Source of the DNA: a virus
Taxonomy: Duplodnaviria > Heunggongvirae > Uroviricota > Caudoviricetes
Direction: 5' to 3' (one strand)
Length of the DNA: 64,000 bases
IMG/VR virus record: IMGVR_UViG_3300028833_000001
Coordinates: 255,171 to 319,170 of that record
Of the stretch, positions 1 to 9,781 are shown piece by piece; the first letter of the stretch is position 1; each line of letters opens with the position of its first letter. Both the position numbers and the translations under genes were made by a program. The notes under the pieces are model-generated. The model had not been told where the DNA came from. It saw nothing but the letters and a program-made list of their open reading frames with translations, and did not search any database.

Positions 1-3
1 TAT

Positions 4-3000
4 ATGCCACAAGGTATTGATTATTGGGACACAAGAGTTAATACAGATAAGCTTTTTGTCTTTAAGCAAAAAGATGGCAGTACATCACCAATGATTAGAT
101 TCCCAGAATTAATTTCTAAAATATACAGTATAGAGTCAGACAAGGAGATGGTCGATTCGAAATCAGAAGAAGCCTCAAAAATGGAAATTTTGGCAAATAC
201 TGAATCGGCTTTATCAGACGTGTCCCAAATTCCATTTTTAATTGAGCCAAATGCTTTTTTATTTGATAAAACGCATGATAATAAAAAAATTGTTGTTTAC
301 GTATGTAAAAATGATTCCGAATGGGAAGCTGAAGTTCAAAATATAGATAAATATGCTGAAAGCGTGAAAAAATGTGATGAAACATTTAATACTAATTATT
401 ATAATCGCATTAAAAGCTTTCATAAATCAGCAGATAATAAAAGAAGTCATGAAAGAGTAGTTCTAAAAAAGACAGCAAATAACGAGTTTAATTTTGAAAA
501 AATAATCGATGAATCTGCTGAATATCAATCAGATATTGGAAAGGTTGCTGGGTATGTTAAGAATATGAACGGCATTAATGAAGTGTGCGTTTATGTTTTG
601 TACATTGACAACGATGATTATGTTGGACTGAAAAATGAAATAGAAAAAAAAATCAAAAACATTGATACTCAAAAAAAGTCAATAACAAATAGGTATAAAC
701 AAGAGCAGGAAGAAATAATTGAAAAAATATTGGGGTTTTGTCCGTCAGTAAAAAATTTTTACAATTTAGCATTTGCACATATGGACACATTTATGCATTG
801 TTATAATGATATGTTGTCAACAATTAACGCACAAATAATAAACGAGTGCGAGGAAAGAGACCCACGTACATATGGGTTTGGCGAAGCAGATAGTAACTTA
901 TCAACTGATTTGATAGAAACCATATACAGATTGCCTCCGTTTCCTGCAATTTATAAGAAGGACACTGGTTCTCAAACAAGGACAGTTGAACAATGGCCAG
1001 AGGAAATCATAAATGGGAATAAATTAATTGAAGTTGATTTTGTTAAAAATTTATTAATGGCAACTAAAATGTATATTGAAGAGATTGACAAAGTTAGGGA
1101 AGCAGTTGAATTTGAGCAAAGTTCAAAAAAAGATGGGGAAAATTCGCAATCTAATGAAATGTCTTTAGCTTCATTTATACGTTTGAATAATGTTGATTTC
1201 ATATTAAATAGTTCTACAAACCCGTATATTTCTGCTAAACAATTAGCGCTGTCTAATAGTGATGATTTTCTTGGCACAACAATTGCTATATTGTCGACTA
1301 GGTTATTTATATATTTGACATGTAACAATAATGGCGAATACGCAGCAAGAGAAGCTGGTAAAATAGAAGCGATAAATTTATACAAAGCATTTGGGGACAA
1401 AATAAACAGTAGAGCATTCATTCAATTTTTAAAAAAATATGTAGTTGATGGGTCTGATGAGAACGGTATTTATGAAGCTATAACAAGTGTAAAACACAGT
1501 GACATTTCTGGTGCTTGGGACTTTTCAGAGTGTGATAATTGCAATAAAATTTTGTTTGCCGAAAATGGTGGCGGTTATTTATCATGGAAGTTGTATAATA
1601 ATGGAGGAAAAAACCCAATGCCAGCAACATTATCTAGTTTGGCAAAATTAAAAAAAGATTTTGTAGAAAAGAACTTCCCAAAAGACGGAATAAGCTATAT
1701 TAACACATCGTCTGATATGAGGCAATCAAATTGGAAGACGTATTCCATAAAAAACGATGGGTCTTATTTTAAAAAATATAGTGAAAACTTAAGGACTGAA
1801 ATAGAGATGATAGAAAACGGAGGCCAGCAACAAGAAACTGACTCTGAAGACAATAAAAGCAAAGCTAAATTATCTATTTTAAAGCCTAACGAGATTGATA
1901 AATTGTTTAAAAATTATAGAACAGAAATAGATGTAATTCCTTATGCCAAATATGTTTTTTATGGAAAAAATGATGAGGGGAAATTTAAAAGTAAGGCTGA
2001 TAGTGATGATATAAAAGAAGTAATCAATGGTACTTCTAATAAAACTTCGTTAGCCATACAATTAACCACAAATAGTCGTTTCTATGATAATTGGGCGTCA
2101 ACATTTAATTTATCGAATGAATATGGAAAAGCTTACATGTTTTTAATGGCGTTTCCGTGGCTACAGCAAAAAAAGTCATTTTTGGATGATAATTTAGAAA
2201 ATGGCACTGTAATGAAATCTAAATTGTTGTTAGAGGGTGCGTTTTTTTATAGAAAGCATCAGTTAACGCATAATAATATTGACATTATTAAATTAGATGC
2301 AAGTAAGAAATATGTAGCTGCGCTAGCTAATCAAATTTATGCTAAACCAGGTGATGATGTATATCTTTATTTTAGAAAAAAAGATGATACAAATTATATG
2401 TTGTTCCCGTGGGCGCCACATTATTCTTCCGAAAGGGGCATCGCTTTAATGGGCTTTTTTAAAGATTGGGTTAAAAATGAGTTTTCTAAAATTATGGGTT
2501 TTTTATTTGACCCAAAATTATATTCTAATTTCAATGAAAAGAAATTAAATTTAGAACTACTAACGTCAGACATTTCTGAAACATTAGTACAGAATGCAAA
2601 TTCACTCCAAGACTTTTTGCGCGATACATTTTTAACTACTGTTTCAAGTGTTGAACTGTATATGACGGATAAACAGCCTCTTTTAGCGTCATCAAACGAT
2701 ATGAAACTGGCAATTACTGGTTTTAAATCGGCACTTAAAGAACTTTATGCTGATTTATCTGATAAATTAGAACAGGATTCTAATGATGTTATCGATGAAA
2801 CATATAAACAAAATGCGTCGGACCCGTTTAAAAACAAGGATATTAAGCTATCAACATATATAACATTAAAAAATTTATATGACAAGTGGTTGGCTAATCC
2901 GTATAAAGGACCATCGACATGGAGATATGTTAATGTAGATGACCCTAATAGCGACCAAGATAGTGATTTTAATAGTTTTGTGTATGTAGATAGTTTATAT

Positions 3001-4674
3001 CATGATATTGGATATCAAATTTTAGCCAATGTAAATAGAGTTGCTGAATGGGTGGCGTCTTGTATGCCGTCATCAGAGTTAAATGGCTCTTACGGCTCAA
3101 GTGTGCAGGTTAGTAAGTCAATATTTGAATACCTATCAGAAATAGCGCAACATACTGGTGGTTTTTTAATAGCGTTACCGCAAAAGATTGGGGTTTTTAA
3201 AGATGATGTGGCATCTATGTTCAAAGCAATACCATTTGAATCGTATGATTGGCATAGAGATTCATCGTGTTTTGTGTATATGTACACATATAAACCATCT
3301 GAGCACCTAGGTACTGACCAATATGTTGACGATGGGATTTTAGATTTAACAGCAGAAGAGATAAAAGACACGTTTAGTGATGATGGATATTCGATTCCAG
3401 CATTTGGTGTTACATTTGCAAAACAAAACCAATCATTTTTCAAGAATTTAACTTTAAACACAGAAAGCACAACAATAACGGAAGCATCATTAGCAGCTGC
3501 CAGTTATATTGCGTCAAAAGGGTCAGAAGCGCCAAAAGAAATGTCGTTTTTTGGACAAGATTTGTATAAAGTAAGAACTTCTTATTCTTATGAGTGTTCG
3601 TTTGAAATGATGGGTAATATCCAGATAATGCCTTTAATGTATTTTCAGTTAAACAACGTTCCTTTTTGGCGCGGAGCTTATATGGTGATTAAAGTAACAC
3701 ATTCAATAACGCCAGGCAATATGGTCACTACGGTTACTGGCGTCAGAATTAATAAATATGCATTACCAATCAGCGATGGTGCGGTATTAAGAAGCGGCGG
3801 CGCGAATGGAAGTAGACAAGGTGATTTATATTCAACAAACAACCCATTGTATCAAGGGCAATTTGTTGAGGATAATACGTATGTACCGCAAAAGGGTGTC
3901 GCAGGTACTATTGATTTTGATAAAACCAAAGTTAACAATTTGCACCCGTTAATATGTATAACTCCAGCATACGGTCCTAATTTTGTGAACAAGACAGCAT
4001 CGTGGAAAATTAGTTATGATTTGGTTGAAAACCATATAATTAAAAAACTAAAGGGGATGAAATATAAGGATGGCACTAAATTTAATGTGCAGATGTGTAA
4101 CAAAGATGGCAACCATACAACCACAAATGCATGTTTGATGTCGGAAACAGAAGGGTTCATAAAAGAGTTCGGAAAAGACGCTGTAATATCTGTAGTTCCA
4201 AGATTTAATACTGGGTCATCTAACTATTTTAAAATATTCTATGGCGGTAAAACGACTGGAGGCCAAATAGTTGCGACAGAAGATTCTAAAAAACTGGCAG
4301 ATTTTTTCGCCGCAGAAGTTCGTGAACTCATACAAAAACAAAGCTATTATAAGGAAATGACACCTGGTATGATGAGTTCTAATCAGACAAGTGGTGTTAT
4401 TGTGGCTGGAGAAACAAAAGCTGTTGATTACGGCCCATCACTTTCTTGCGCAAGTGTAGTAACTTTTAATTGGTTTGACGCATATCCAGCCAGTGAAATA
4501 TGCAGAAAGGCATTAACAAGGAGTGCATTAGATAAAACTCAAGGCTATAAAGGTAAAAACCCACAAGGTAGATATTATTTGTCTCAAGGTTGGTTAAATA
4601 GTAATGAAGGAAAGGAGGCGATTGCTACAATGCACGTTAATGCTATTAAAAAATATGTAGACTCCTTACAGTAG
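4..4674 (+). CDS. Large baseplate hub-like virion protein (probably 5'-truncated) with C-terminal degenerate N-acetylmuramoyl-L-alanine amidase (Amidase_3-like) domain
   Basis: ORF is open to the window edge. Segment SYECSFEMMGNIQIMPLMYFQLNNVPFWRGAYMVIKVTHSITPGNMVTTVTG resembles the C-terminal barrel of gp27/late-control-D hubs. The last ~240 aa follow the Amidase_3 pattern. Confidence 0.6.
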   Translation: MPQGIDYWDTRVNTDKLFVFKQKDGSTSPMIRFPELISKIYSIESDKEMVDSKSEEASKMEILANTESALSDVSQIPFLIEPNAFLFDKTHDNKKIVVYVCKNDSEWEAEVQNIDKYAESVKKCDETFNTNYYNRIKSFHKSADNKRSHERVVLKKTANNEFNFEKIIDESAEYQSDIGKVAGYVKNMNGINEVCVYVLYIDNDDYVGLKNEIEKKIKNIDTQKKSITNRYKQEQEEIIEKILGFCPSVKNFYNLAFAHMDTFMHCYNDMLSTINAQIINECEERDPRTYGFGEADSNLSTDLIETIYRLPPFPAIYKKDTGSQTRTVEQWPEEIINGNKLIEVDFVKNLLMATKMYIEEIDKVREAVEFEQSSKKDGENSQSNEMSLASFIRLNNVDFILNSSTNPYISAKQLALSNSDDFLGTTIAILSTRLFIYLTCNNNGEYAAREAGKIEAINLYKAFGDKINSRAFIQFLKKYVVDGSDENGIYEAITSVKHSDISGAWDFSECDNCNKILFAENGGGYLSWKLYNNGGKNPMPATLSSLAKLKKDFVEKNFPKDGISYINTSSDMRQSNWKTYSIKNDGSYFKKYSENLRTEIEMIENGGQQQETDSEDNKSKAKLSILKPNEIDKLFKNYRTEIDVIPYAKYVFYGKNDEGKFKSKADSDDIKEVINGTSNKTSLAIQLTTNSRFYDNWASTFNLSNEYGKAYMFLMAFPWLQQKKSFLDDNLENGTVMKSKLLLEGAFFYRKHQLTHNNIDIIKLDASKKYVAALANQIYAKPGDDVYLYFRKKDDTNYMLFPWAPHYSSERGIALMGFFKDWVKNEFSKIMGFLFDPKLYSNFNEKKLNLELLTSDISETLVQNANSLQDFLRDTFLTTVSSVELYMTDKQPLLASSNDMKLAITGFKSALKELYADLSDKLEQDSNDVIDETYKQNASDPFKNKDIKLSTYITLKNLYDKWLANPYKGPSTWRYVNVDDPNSDQDSDFNSFVYVDSLYHDIGYQILANVNRVAEWVASCMPSSELNGSYGSSVQVSKSIFEYLSEIAQHTGGFLIALPQKIGVFKDDVASMFKAIPFESYDWHRDSSCFVYMYTYKPSEHLGTDQYVDDGILDLTAEEIKDTFSDDGYSIPAFGVTFAKQNQSFFKNLTLNTESTTITEASLAAASYIASKGSEAPKEMSFFGQDLYKVRTSYSYECSFEMMGNIQIMPLMYFQLNNVPFWRGAYMVIKVTHSITPGNMVTTVTGVRINKYALPISDGAVLRSGGANGSRQGDLYSTNNPLYQGQFVEDNTYVPQKGVAGTIDFDKTKVNNLHPLICITPAYGPNFVNKTASWKISYDLVENHIIKKLKGMKYKDGTKFNVQMCNKDGNHTTTNACLMSETEGFIKEFGKDAVISVVPRFNTGSSNYFKIFYGGKTTGGQIVATEDSKKLADFFAAEVRELIQKQSYYKEMTPGMMSSNQTSGVIVAGETKAVDYGPSLSCASVVTFNWFDAYPASEICRKALTRSALDKTQGYKGKNPQGRYYLSQGWLNSNEGKEAIATMHVNAIKKYVDSLQ

Positions 4675-4677
4675 TGT

Positions 4678-4706
4678 TTGTTTGTTATAATATATTTTTG
4701 TATTTT
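4678..4706 (+). promoter_or_regulatory. Putative host-RNAP-type promoter TTGTTT-N17-TATTTT
   Basis: Intergenic, 20 nt upstream of the 4727 ATG. Same TTG-N20-TA spacing as at other non-structural genes. Confidence 0.35.
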
Positions 4707-4726
4707 TATAAAAAATTTTGGGATAA

Positions 4727-5317
4727 ATGAAAAAAATTGGAAATATTTTTACTAAAAATAAATTTTTAGATGCGACTTGGTGTAATGTAACTGACAAAAA
4801 GGAAAATTTAATTCCAAATTTGCCTACATTGGTAATTGGTCTTGAGAATGCTAAAAATTTTGACAAAAATTTCACAATTTTAGATTGGAAACTAAACGAT
4901 AACGCTTATTGGTCGTTTGGTCCGAGAGAACATAGGCATATTTACGAAAAAAGGATTGATGACTTTTTAAAACTATGCCTAACAGCCCAAAAAAAATCTA
5001 TCGAATATACATTTTTTAATGTATTAACAGAAGACAGGACATCAAAGATGTTACTATTTGAGGAAATTACAGCATCAAATATTTGTAATTGTTTTCTTTG
5101 CAATGATATGATATACATTTGTATTAACAACGATAATAAAATCACAGGGATATCGCTTAGGGATATAGATTATAACGGTATGGATAAAAACCGATTTTTG
5201 TTGGAATTAAAGTCTATGGGTAATGTTAAAGTTTATACAAACCAGTATGATTTTCCTTATATAGTTAGAACATTTTTACAAGACTCTATGTATTTGGCCG
5301 TTAAATTGTGTGAATAA
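4727..5317 (+). CDS. Hypothetical protein (196 aa)
   Basis: Long ORF in the gene-dense + strand; no recognised motif. Confidence 0.8.
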   Translation: MKKIGNIFTKNKFLDATWCNVTDKKENLIPNLPTLVIGLENAKNFDKNFTILDWKLNDNAYWSFGPREHRHIYEKRIDDFLKLCLTAQKKSIEYTFFNVLTEDRTSKMLLFEEITASNICNCFLCNDMIYICINNDNKITGISLRDIDYNGMDKNRFLLELKSMGNVKVYTNQYDFPYIVRTFLQDSMYLAVKLCE

Positions 5318-5330
5318 ACAATAAATTAAA

Positions 5331-5338
5331 CTATTTAT
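5331..5338 (+). promoter_or_regulatory. Putative late promoter CTATTTAT
   Basis: Motif recurs in intergenic gaps upstream of virion genes; starts 26 nt before the ATG at 5357. Confidence 0.55.
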
Positions 5339-5356
5339 AACAAATAGTGTAAGCAT

Positions 5357-5707
5357 ATGAAATCAAGATTCTTTAAAAAAAATATAATGTCAAGAAGCTA
5401 TCCTATTGTTGTATCAACAAAGATTGATATTGATAATGATGCAAAATCAAAAAAGAATAGCGAAGAAAATGTAGTTAAAGATAATGATATTGCTGATGAA
5501 AAAAAGCAACAAAAGTCTAAAAATAAATCAAGTAAAAAACAAGATATTATGACAACTGATGACAATAAATTTGATTTGGCTCAAGAGATTGTACAAGAGT
5601 TAAAACCAGAAACAAAAGTTTTGAAAAAAGATAAAGGTATCATTGAGAGAACAGAATCATCAAAGATTATTTTAACAGAGGATAATAAACAAATTCTTAA
5701 CGACTAA
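5357..5707 (+). CDS. Hypothetical charged protein, probably late-expressed
   Basis: ORF track; preceded by CTATTTAT. Confidence 0.75.
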   Translation: MKSRFFKKNIMSRSYPIVVSTKIDIDNDAKSKKNSEENVVKDNDIADEKKQQKSKNKSSKKQDIMTTDDNKFDLAQEIVQELKPETKVLKKDKGIIERTESSKIILTEDNKQILND

Positions 5708-5711
5708 TATC

Positions 5712-6560
5712 ATGAAAGGAAAGGATTTTAAGGACATCTTTAACAGAATAATCATGTATGAATATACAAATCTAGGTGACACCGTTGACGAGGTTGGAGA
5801 AGAACAACCAGACATGCAGGAAGACCCTGGTATGGGGGACCAAGATATGGGCGGAGACCCTGGTATGGGGGACCAAGATATGGGCGGAGACCCTGGTATG
5901 GGGGACCAAGATATGGGCGGAGACCCTGGTATGGGAGACCCTGGCATGGGCGGAGACCCTGGCATGGGAGACCCTGGAATGGGCGGAGCACCTCAACAAG
6001 GAAATGAACCAGCAAATCCTCCAGAAGGGTTCGCTCCGCAAGGTGTTGATTCCAATAGTGGAATAGACGGAATGGGCGGCGCTGAAAATATGCAACAAGA
6101 CAATGCTATTCAATCAGAGCCAGCAGAAGACGAAGAGGTAATAGATGTTGACGATTTAACTGATTCACAAGAAAAAACAGAAAAGAAAGTTGATTTGTTA
6201 TCAGATAAATTTAAAAGCATAATACACGCGTTAAAAGGAATTATGCAAAAAATCGACGATTCAGATACGAAAGTCGATAATTTGTTAAATAGTGTCAAAA
6301 GAGAAGTAGAACTACATAATCCAACTCCAATGCAGAGACTTACAATGAGGTCGGCTAAGTCTAGTCCATACGCTATAACTCCAAATGAGTATATGAACAA
6401 TTATGCGCCAGATAATTATAGTCCAGATGACGATAATAATGGCGCCGATGACCCTCAATATAAAATAACAAAGGACGATATTGATAATTTTACAAATTAT
6501 CAATCTGTTGCGAATGATTTTAAATACGACAATGATTTGAGAAATATTTTTGGATATTAA
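5712..6560 (+). CDS. Acidic low-complexity protein with G/M/D/P repeats and coiled coil; putative head-internal or scaffold-like protein
   Basis: GGDPGMGDQDM repeats, acidic tract, then a heptad-like segment. Function is inferred. Confidence 0.6.
   Translation: MKGKDFKDIFNRIIMYEYTNLGDTVDEVGEEQPDMQEDPGMGDQDMGGDPGMGDQDMGGDPGMGDQDMGGDPGMGDPGMGGDPGMGDPGMGGAPQQGNEPANPPEGFAPQGVDSNSGIDGMGGAENMQQDNAIQSEPAEDEEVIDVDDLTDSQEKTEKKVDLLSDKFKSIIHALKGIMQKIDDSDTKVDNLLNSVKREVELHNPTPMQRLTMRSAKSSPYAITPNEYMNNYAPDNYSPDDDNNGADDPQYKITKDDIDNFTNYQSVANDFKYDNDLRNIFGY
5823..5987 (+). repeat. In-frame 33-bp tandem repeat, 5 units (3 identical, 2 variant)
   Basis: gaccctggtatgggggaccaagatatgggcgga x3, followed by two 33-nt variants. 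Confidence 0.95.
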
Positions 6561-6574
6561 TTTAATAATTATGT

Positions 6575-6614
6575 GCCAAATATGCCAATATTGGTGTATT
6601 TGGCTTTGTTTTTT
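6575..6614 (+). terminator. Intrinsic terminator
   Basis: gccaaatatgcca...tggtgtatttggc stem followed by a T-rich tract. Confidence 0.75.
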
Positions 6615-6634
6615 ATAGAGTTTTTTTGTAATAT
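6606..6634 (+). promoter_or_regulatory. Putative promoter TTGTTT-N17-TAATAT
   Basis: Upstream of SSB; TTG-N20-TA spacing. Confidence 0.35.
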
Positions 6635-6684
6635 AAATTAGAATAACAATTTATCGAATTATAATTTTTAATAAAATTTTGAAA

Positions 6685-7710
6685 ATGGGAGAATTAATTG
6701 ATTTACCTAACATCACACCCGATTCAATTGTTTTTGATGATAATAAAGAAGAACGGGTAGTAAAACCAAATAGTAATTTTGACATAAAGAACTATTTGAA
6801 CGTTCGTTTAAAAAAAGACGAAACCGAGAAAACAATCACTATTAGATTATTGCCTATGGATTTAAAAACAGGCAATCCATTTGTAAAGGTTCATCTCCAC
6901 AATGTACAGGTGCCAAAAGACATGGTTAATCCAGGAGATAAACCGTATAAATCATACATTTGCTTGTCTAAGAATCCAGATATTAATCATGAAAAATTTG
7001 GAAATAATTGTCCATATTGCGAATTAAATAGGGCTGCGTATCTTGAATCTACAAAAACAGATGACCCGATTAAAAAGAAACAATTGCAAAAACTATCAAC
7101 AGATAGCCTTGCCAAAGAAGGTGTTATTTGTAGGTGTATTGAACGAGGTAAAGAAGACGAGGGCGTAAAATTTTGGAAATTCAATGTCAGATACGATAAG
7201 ACTGACCCTTATAATCAAATACTTAACCTTTATAAAATGCGAAAAGAAAGCGCTGAGAAAAAAGGTAAAACAGAAAACATTTTAGACATTTATGAAGGTA
7301 GAGATTTGAATGTTACAATTACCTCTGAAGGCACTTCTGCACCAACAATTATTGATGATAGCGACCGTAGTCCTCTTTCAGACGATAAAGAACTAATGAA
7401 AAAATGGATTTACGACAAAAAAACGTGGCAAGATGTTTTTACTTGTAAACCATATGATTATTTAAATTTGGTTGCCCAAATGAAAGTGCCTTGGTATGAT
7501 AGAGCTTCAAATTCTTGGGTTGATAAAGCAGAAATTGACAAGAAAAAAGAAGAAGAGAAAAATCACGCCAATGAGGAAATAGAAAATGCCGAGAAAGCAA
7601 TTACCGACATGATTGATGGGCAAACAGACGTCAATACAGTTAATAATACAACAAATAGAAACAATTTAGTTGAATCATTAATGATTAATGACGATGATTT
7701 ACCGCTTTAA
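6685..7710 (+). CDS. Single-stranded DNA-binding protein, T4 gp32-like
   Basis: IRLLP...PFVKVHLH, zinc ligands C...CPYCE, GVKFWKF, GRDL, acidic tail DDDLPL. ATG 6685 preferred over TTG 6679. Confidence 0.8.
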   Translation: MGELIDLPNITPDSIVFDDNKEERVVKPNSNFDIKNYLNVRLKKDETEKTITIRLLPMDLKTGNPFVKVHLHNVQVPKDMVNPGDKPYKSYICLSKNPDINHEKFGNNCPYCELNRAAYLESTKTDDPIKKKQLQKLSTDSLAKEGVICRCIERGKEDEGVKFWKFNVRYDKTDPYNQILNLYKMRKESAEKKGKTENILDIYEGRDLNVTITSEGTSAPTIIDDSDRSPLSDDKELMKKWIYDKKTWQDVFTCKPYDYLNLVAQMKVPWYDRASNSWVDKAEIDKKKEEEKNHANEEIENAEKAITDMIDGQTDVNTVNNTTNRNNLVESLMINDDDLPL

Positions 7711-7717
7711 TAAATAA

Positions 7718-7744
7718 CAAACAACCCAGTTTTTGGGTTGTTTG
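7718..7744 (+). terminator. Stem-loop between SSB and tdk (terminator or processing site)
   Basis: caaacaaccca-gtttt-tgggttgtttg, an 11-bp stem with a weak U tract. Confidence 0.5.
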
Positions 7745-7771
7745 ACTTTAATAATAGTAAATTTGTAATTA

Positions 7772-8395
7772 ATGGGACGAGGTAAGTTAATTTTTAAATA
7801 CGGTTGTATGGGAAGTGGCAAAAGCTTACAACTATTAGCCACAGCAAATAATTTTTCAGAACACAATATTCCGTTTCTAATATTTAAAAGCAATATAGAC
7901 ACAAGAGATGGTGGCGATGTTGTTCGCTCTAGAGATGGAAAACAGCGTAAATGCATCGAGATTACTCCGACAGATAATTTATTTACATTAATATCAGACA
8001 TTTACAACACCAGTTATGAAGTAGTAAATGGTATCGACAAATTAAAATGGATTTTGGTTGATGAAGCACAATTTTTAACCGAAAATCAAATAGACGAATT
8101 AGCTGCAATAGCTGATATGTTTAATATTAACATTTTATGTTACGGTTTAAGAACTGATTTCACAACACATCTGTTTCCAGCATCAAAAAGATTATTTGAA
8201 ATAGCAGACAGTTTTGACGAAATCAAATCTAGTTGTTTTTGTGGAAGCAAAACTATATTTAACGCTAGGATTAATGAAGATATGGAATTAGAGTTAGATG
8301 GAGAACAAATTGAACCTGGCGATAAAGGCAGATATGTATCTTTATGCCGAAAATGTTTTTTCCAGAAAGCAAAAAATAAGTATTATATGCAATGA
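7772..8395 (+). CDS. tdk: Thymidine kinase
   Basis: YGCMGSGKS P-loop, DTR, VDEAQF, CYGLRTDF, C-terminal zinc cysteines (CFCG...CRKC). Confidence 0.95.
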   Translation: MGRGKLIFKYGCMGSGKSLQLLATANNFSEHNIPFLIFKSNIDTRDGGDVVRSRDGKQRKCIEITPTDNLFTLISDIYNTSYEVVNGIDKLKWILVDEAQFLTENQIDELAAIADMFNINILCYGLRTDFTTHLFPASKRLFEIADSFDEIKSSCFCGSKTIFNARINEDMELELDGEQIEPGDKGRYVSLCRKCFFQKAKNKYYMQ

Positions 8396-8439
8396 TATAA
8401 AATATTAACAAAAAAATAAACATTAAAAAAATCAAAAAT

Positions 8440-9642
8440 ATGGCTCAACCAAAAAAGAAAACCCCAATAACTAAAAAATCAACAATATCCGACCTAAAAG
8501 CAAAAATGGGGATTAGTGTTAGTGTTGATAAAGGGAACATAGAAGGTGCAAGCAATGCAGATAAAGAAATGGAATGGCTTATTATGCCCAAAGCGTTTCA
8601 GGACGCTGTGAAACTACCAGGATTCCCATGCGGGTATGTAAGCACAATTTGTGGTCATTCAAATACTGGCAAATCAACCTTGATTAATCATGCTATAGTG
8701 GCAGCACAGAGGCAAAATACAATTCCGATTATATATGACACAGAAAACAATTTCGACTTTAATTATGCCATAGATATGGGCTTTAATGCCGAGCCAGTTT
8801 ATGGTGTTGTTGAAGAAGAAGACCCAGAAACTGGCGAAGTTAGAGAGGTAGAAAAAATTATTGAATGGACTGGAGATTTTTTCTATTTCAACAGTGCTAT
8901 TTTGCGCGAAATGTACGGTGACATAGATTACTCTACAGGCAAGAAAGGCGGTAAAAAAAGGATTACAGCTGTGATTGAAGATATGGCGTATTCAATCAAG
9001 TCGTTTTTGGAAATGCAGGAAAATGGTGAACTACCATATAATTTGCTTTTTGTTTGGGATTCAATAGGAAGCATAGGAGGATTAAAATCATATAACAGCA
9101 AAGTTGGAAACAATATGTTTGACGCTGGAACTATATCCGTCGCCCTACAAGATATCATGGAAAGCCTTATTCCAGGTTCAAGAAAAGTGTCGTCAAAATA
9201 CACCAACACAATGATAGTGGTAAATAAAGTTTGGACCGACTCAACAACAAATCCAGTTGGACCTCCTAGTCTTGAGTTAAAGGGTGGAAAATCGGTAACG
9301 TATCGTTCGAGACTAATATTCTTACTTGGCGGGCAATTAAAGGCGTCAATTAAGCGATTAACAGCGACATCAAAAGGGTTGAACTACAATTGGGGTATTT
9401 TAACAAAAATTAAGGTACTTAAAAATCAGTTACCATCACCGTATGATTTAACTTATGAAGGAGAATTTATATGTACTGGTTTTGGAATTATAGGCTCATC
9501 TAAAGAAGAACAGGATGAATTCAAAAAGACTAAAGTTCCTTTGGCGATGAAACGCATACTTGAACGAAATAATTCAGAAATTCAAGATATTGGTAATATT
9601 TCATTTGGTGAAACAGTAGAAGATGGCGTTTCGATTGAATGA
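8440..9642 (+). CDS. uvsX: RecA/UvsX-like recombinase
   Basis: Walker A GHSNTGKST, YDTEN, FVWDSIGS, GGKS, KVLKN. Confidence 0.88.
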   Translation: MAQPKKKTPITKKSTISDLKAKMGISVSVDKGNIEGASNADKEMEWLIMPKAFQDAVKLPGFPCGYVSTICGHSNTGKSTLINHAIVAAQRQNTIPIIYDTENNFDFNYAIDMGFNAEPVYGVVEEEDPETGEVREVEKIIEWTGDFFYFNSAILREMYGDIDYSTGKKGGKKRITAVIEDMAYSIKSFLEMQENGELPYNLLFVWDSIGSIGGLKSYNSKVGNNMFDAGTISVALQDIMESLIPGSRKVSSKYTNTMIVVNKVWTDSTTNPVGPPSLELKGGKSVTYRSRLIFLLGGQLKASIKRLTATSKGLNYNWGILTKIKVLKNQLPSPYDLTYEGEFICTGFGIIGSSKEEQDEFKKTKVPLAMKRILERNNSEIQDIGNISFGETVEDGVSIE

Positions 9643-9662
9643 TGAGTTTATTATAAATCTTG

Positions 9663-9670
9663 CTATTTAT
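9663..9670 (+). promoter_or_regulatory. Putative late promoter CTATTTAT
   Basis: Exact motif in the uvsX-phoH gap. Confidence 0.4.
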
Positions 9671-9717
9671 GACAAAGTAATACTTTGATGAAAATCACTA
9701 GTGAAATAACGAAAAAT

Positions 9718-9754
9718 GGCACATAATACAAAAAGGTATGTTGTGCCTTTTTTT
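9718..9754 (+). terminator. Intrinsic terminator
   Basis: ggcaca...tgtgcc stem with inner atac/gtat pairing and a T6 tract. Confidence 0.65.
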
Positions 9755-9781
9755 ATTATAATAATGATTTAAAACACTTTT

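Noticed and set aside
5823-5987. CRISPR array
   Set aside because: Units are contiguous, in frame and have no unique spacers; no cas genes in the window.
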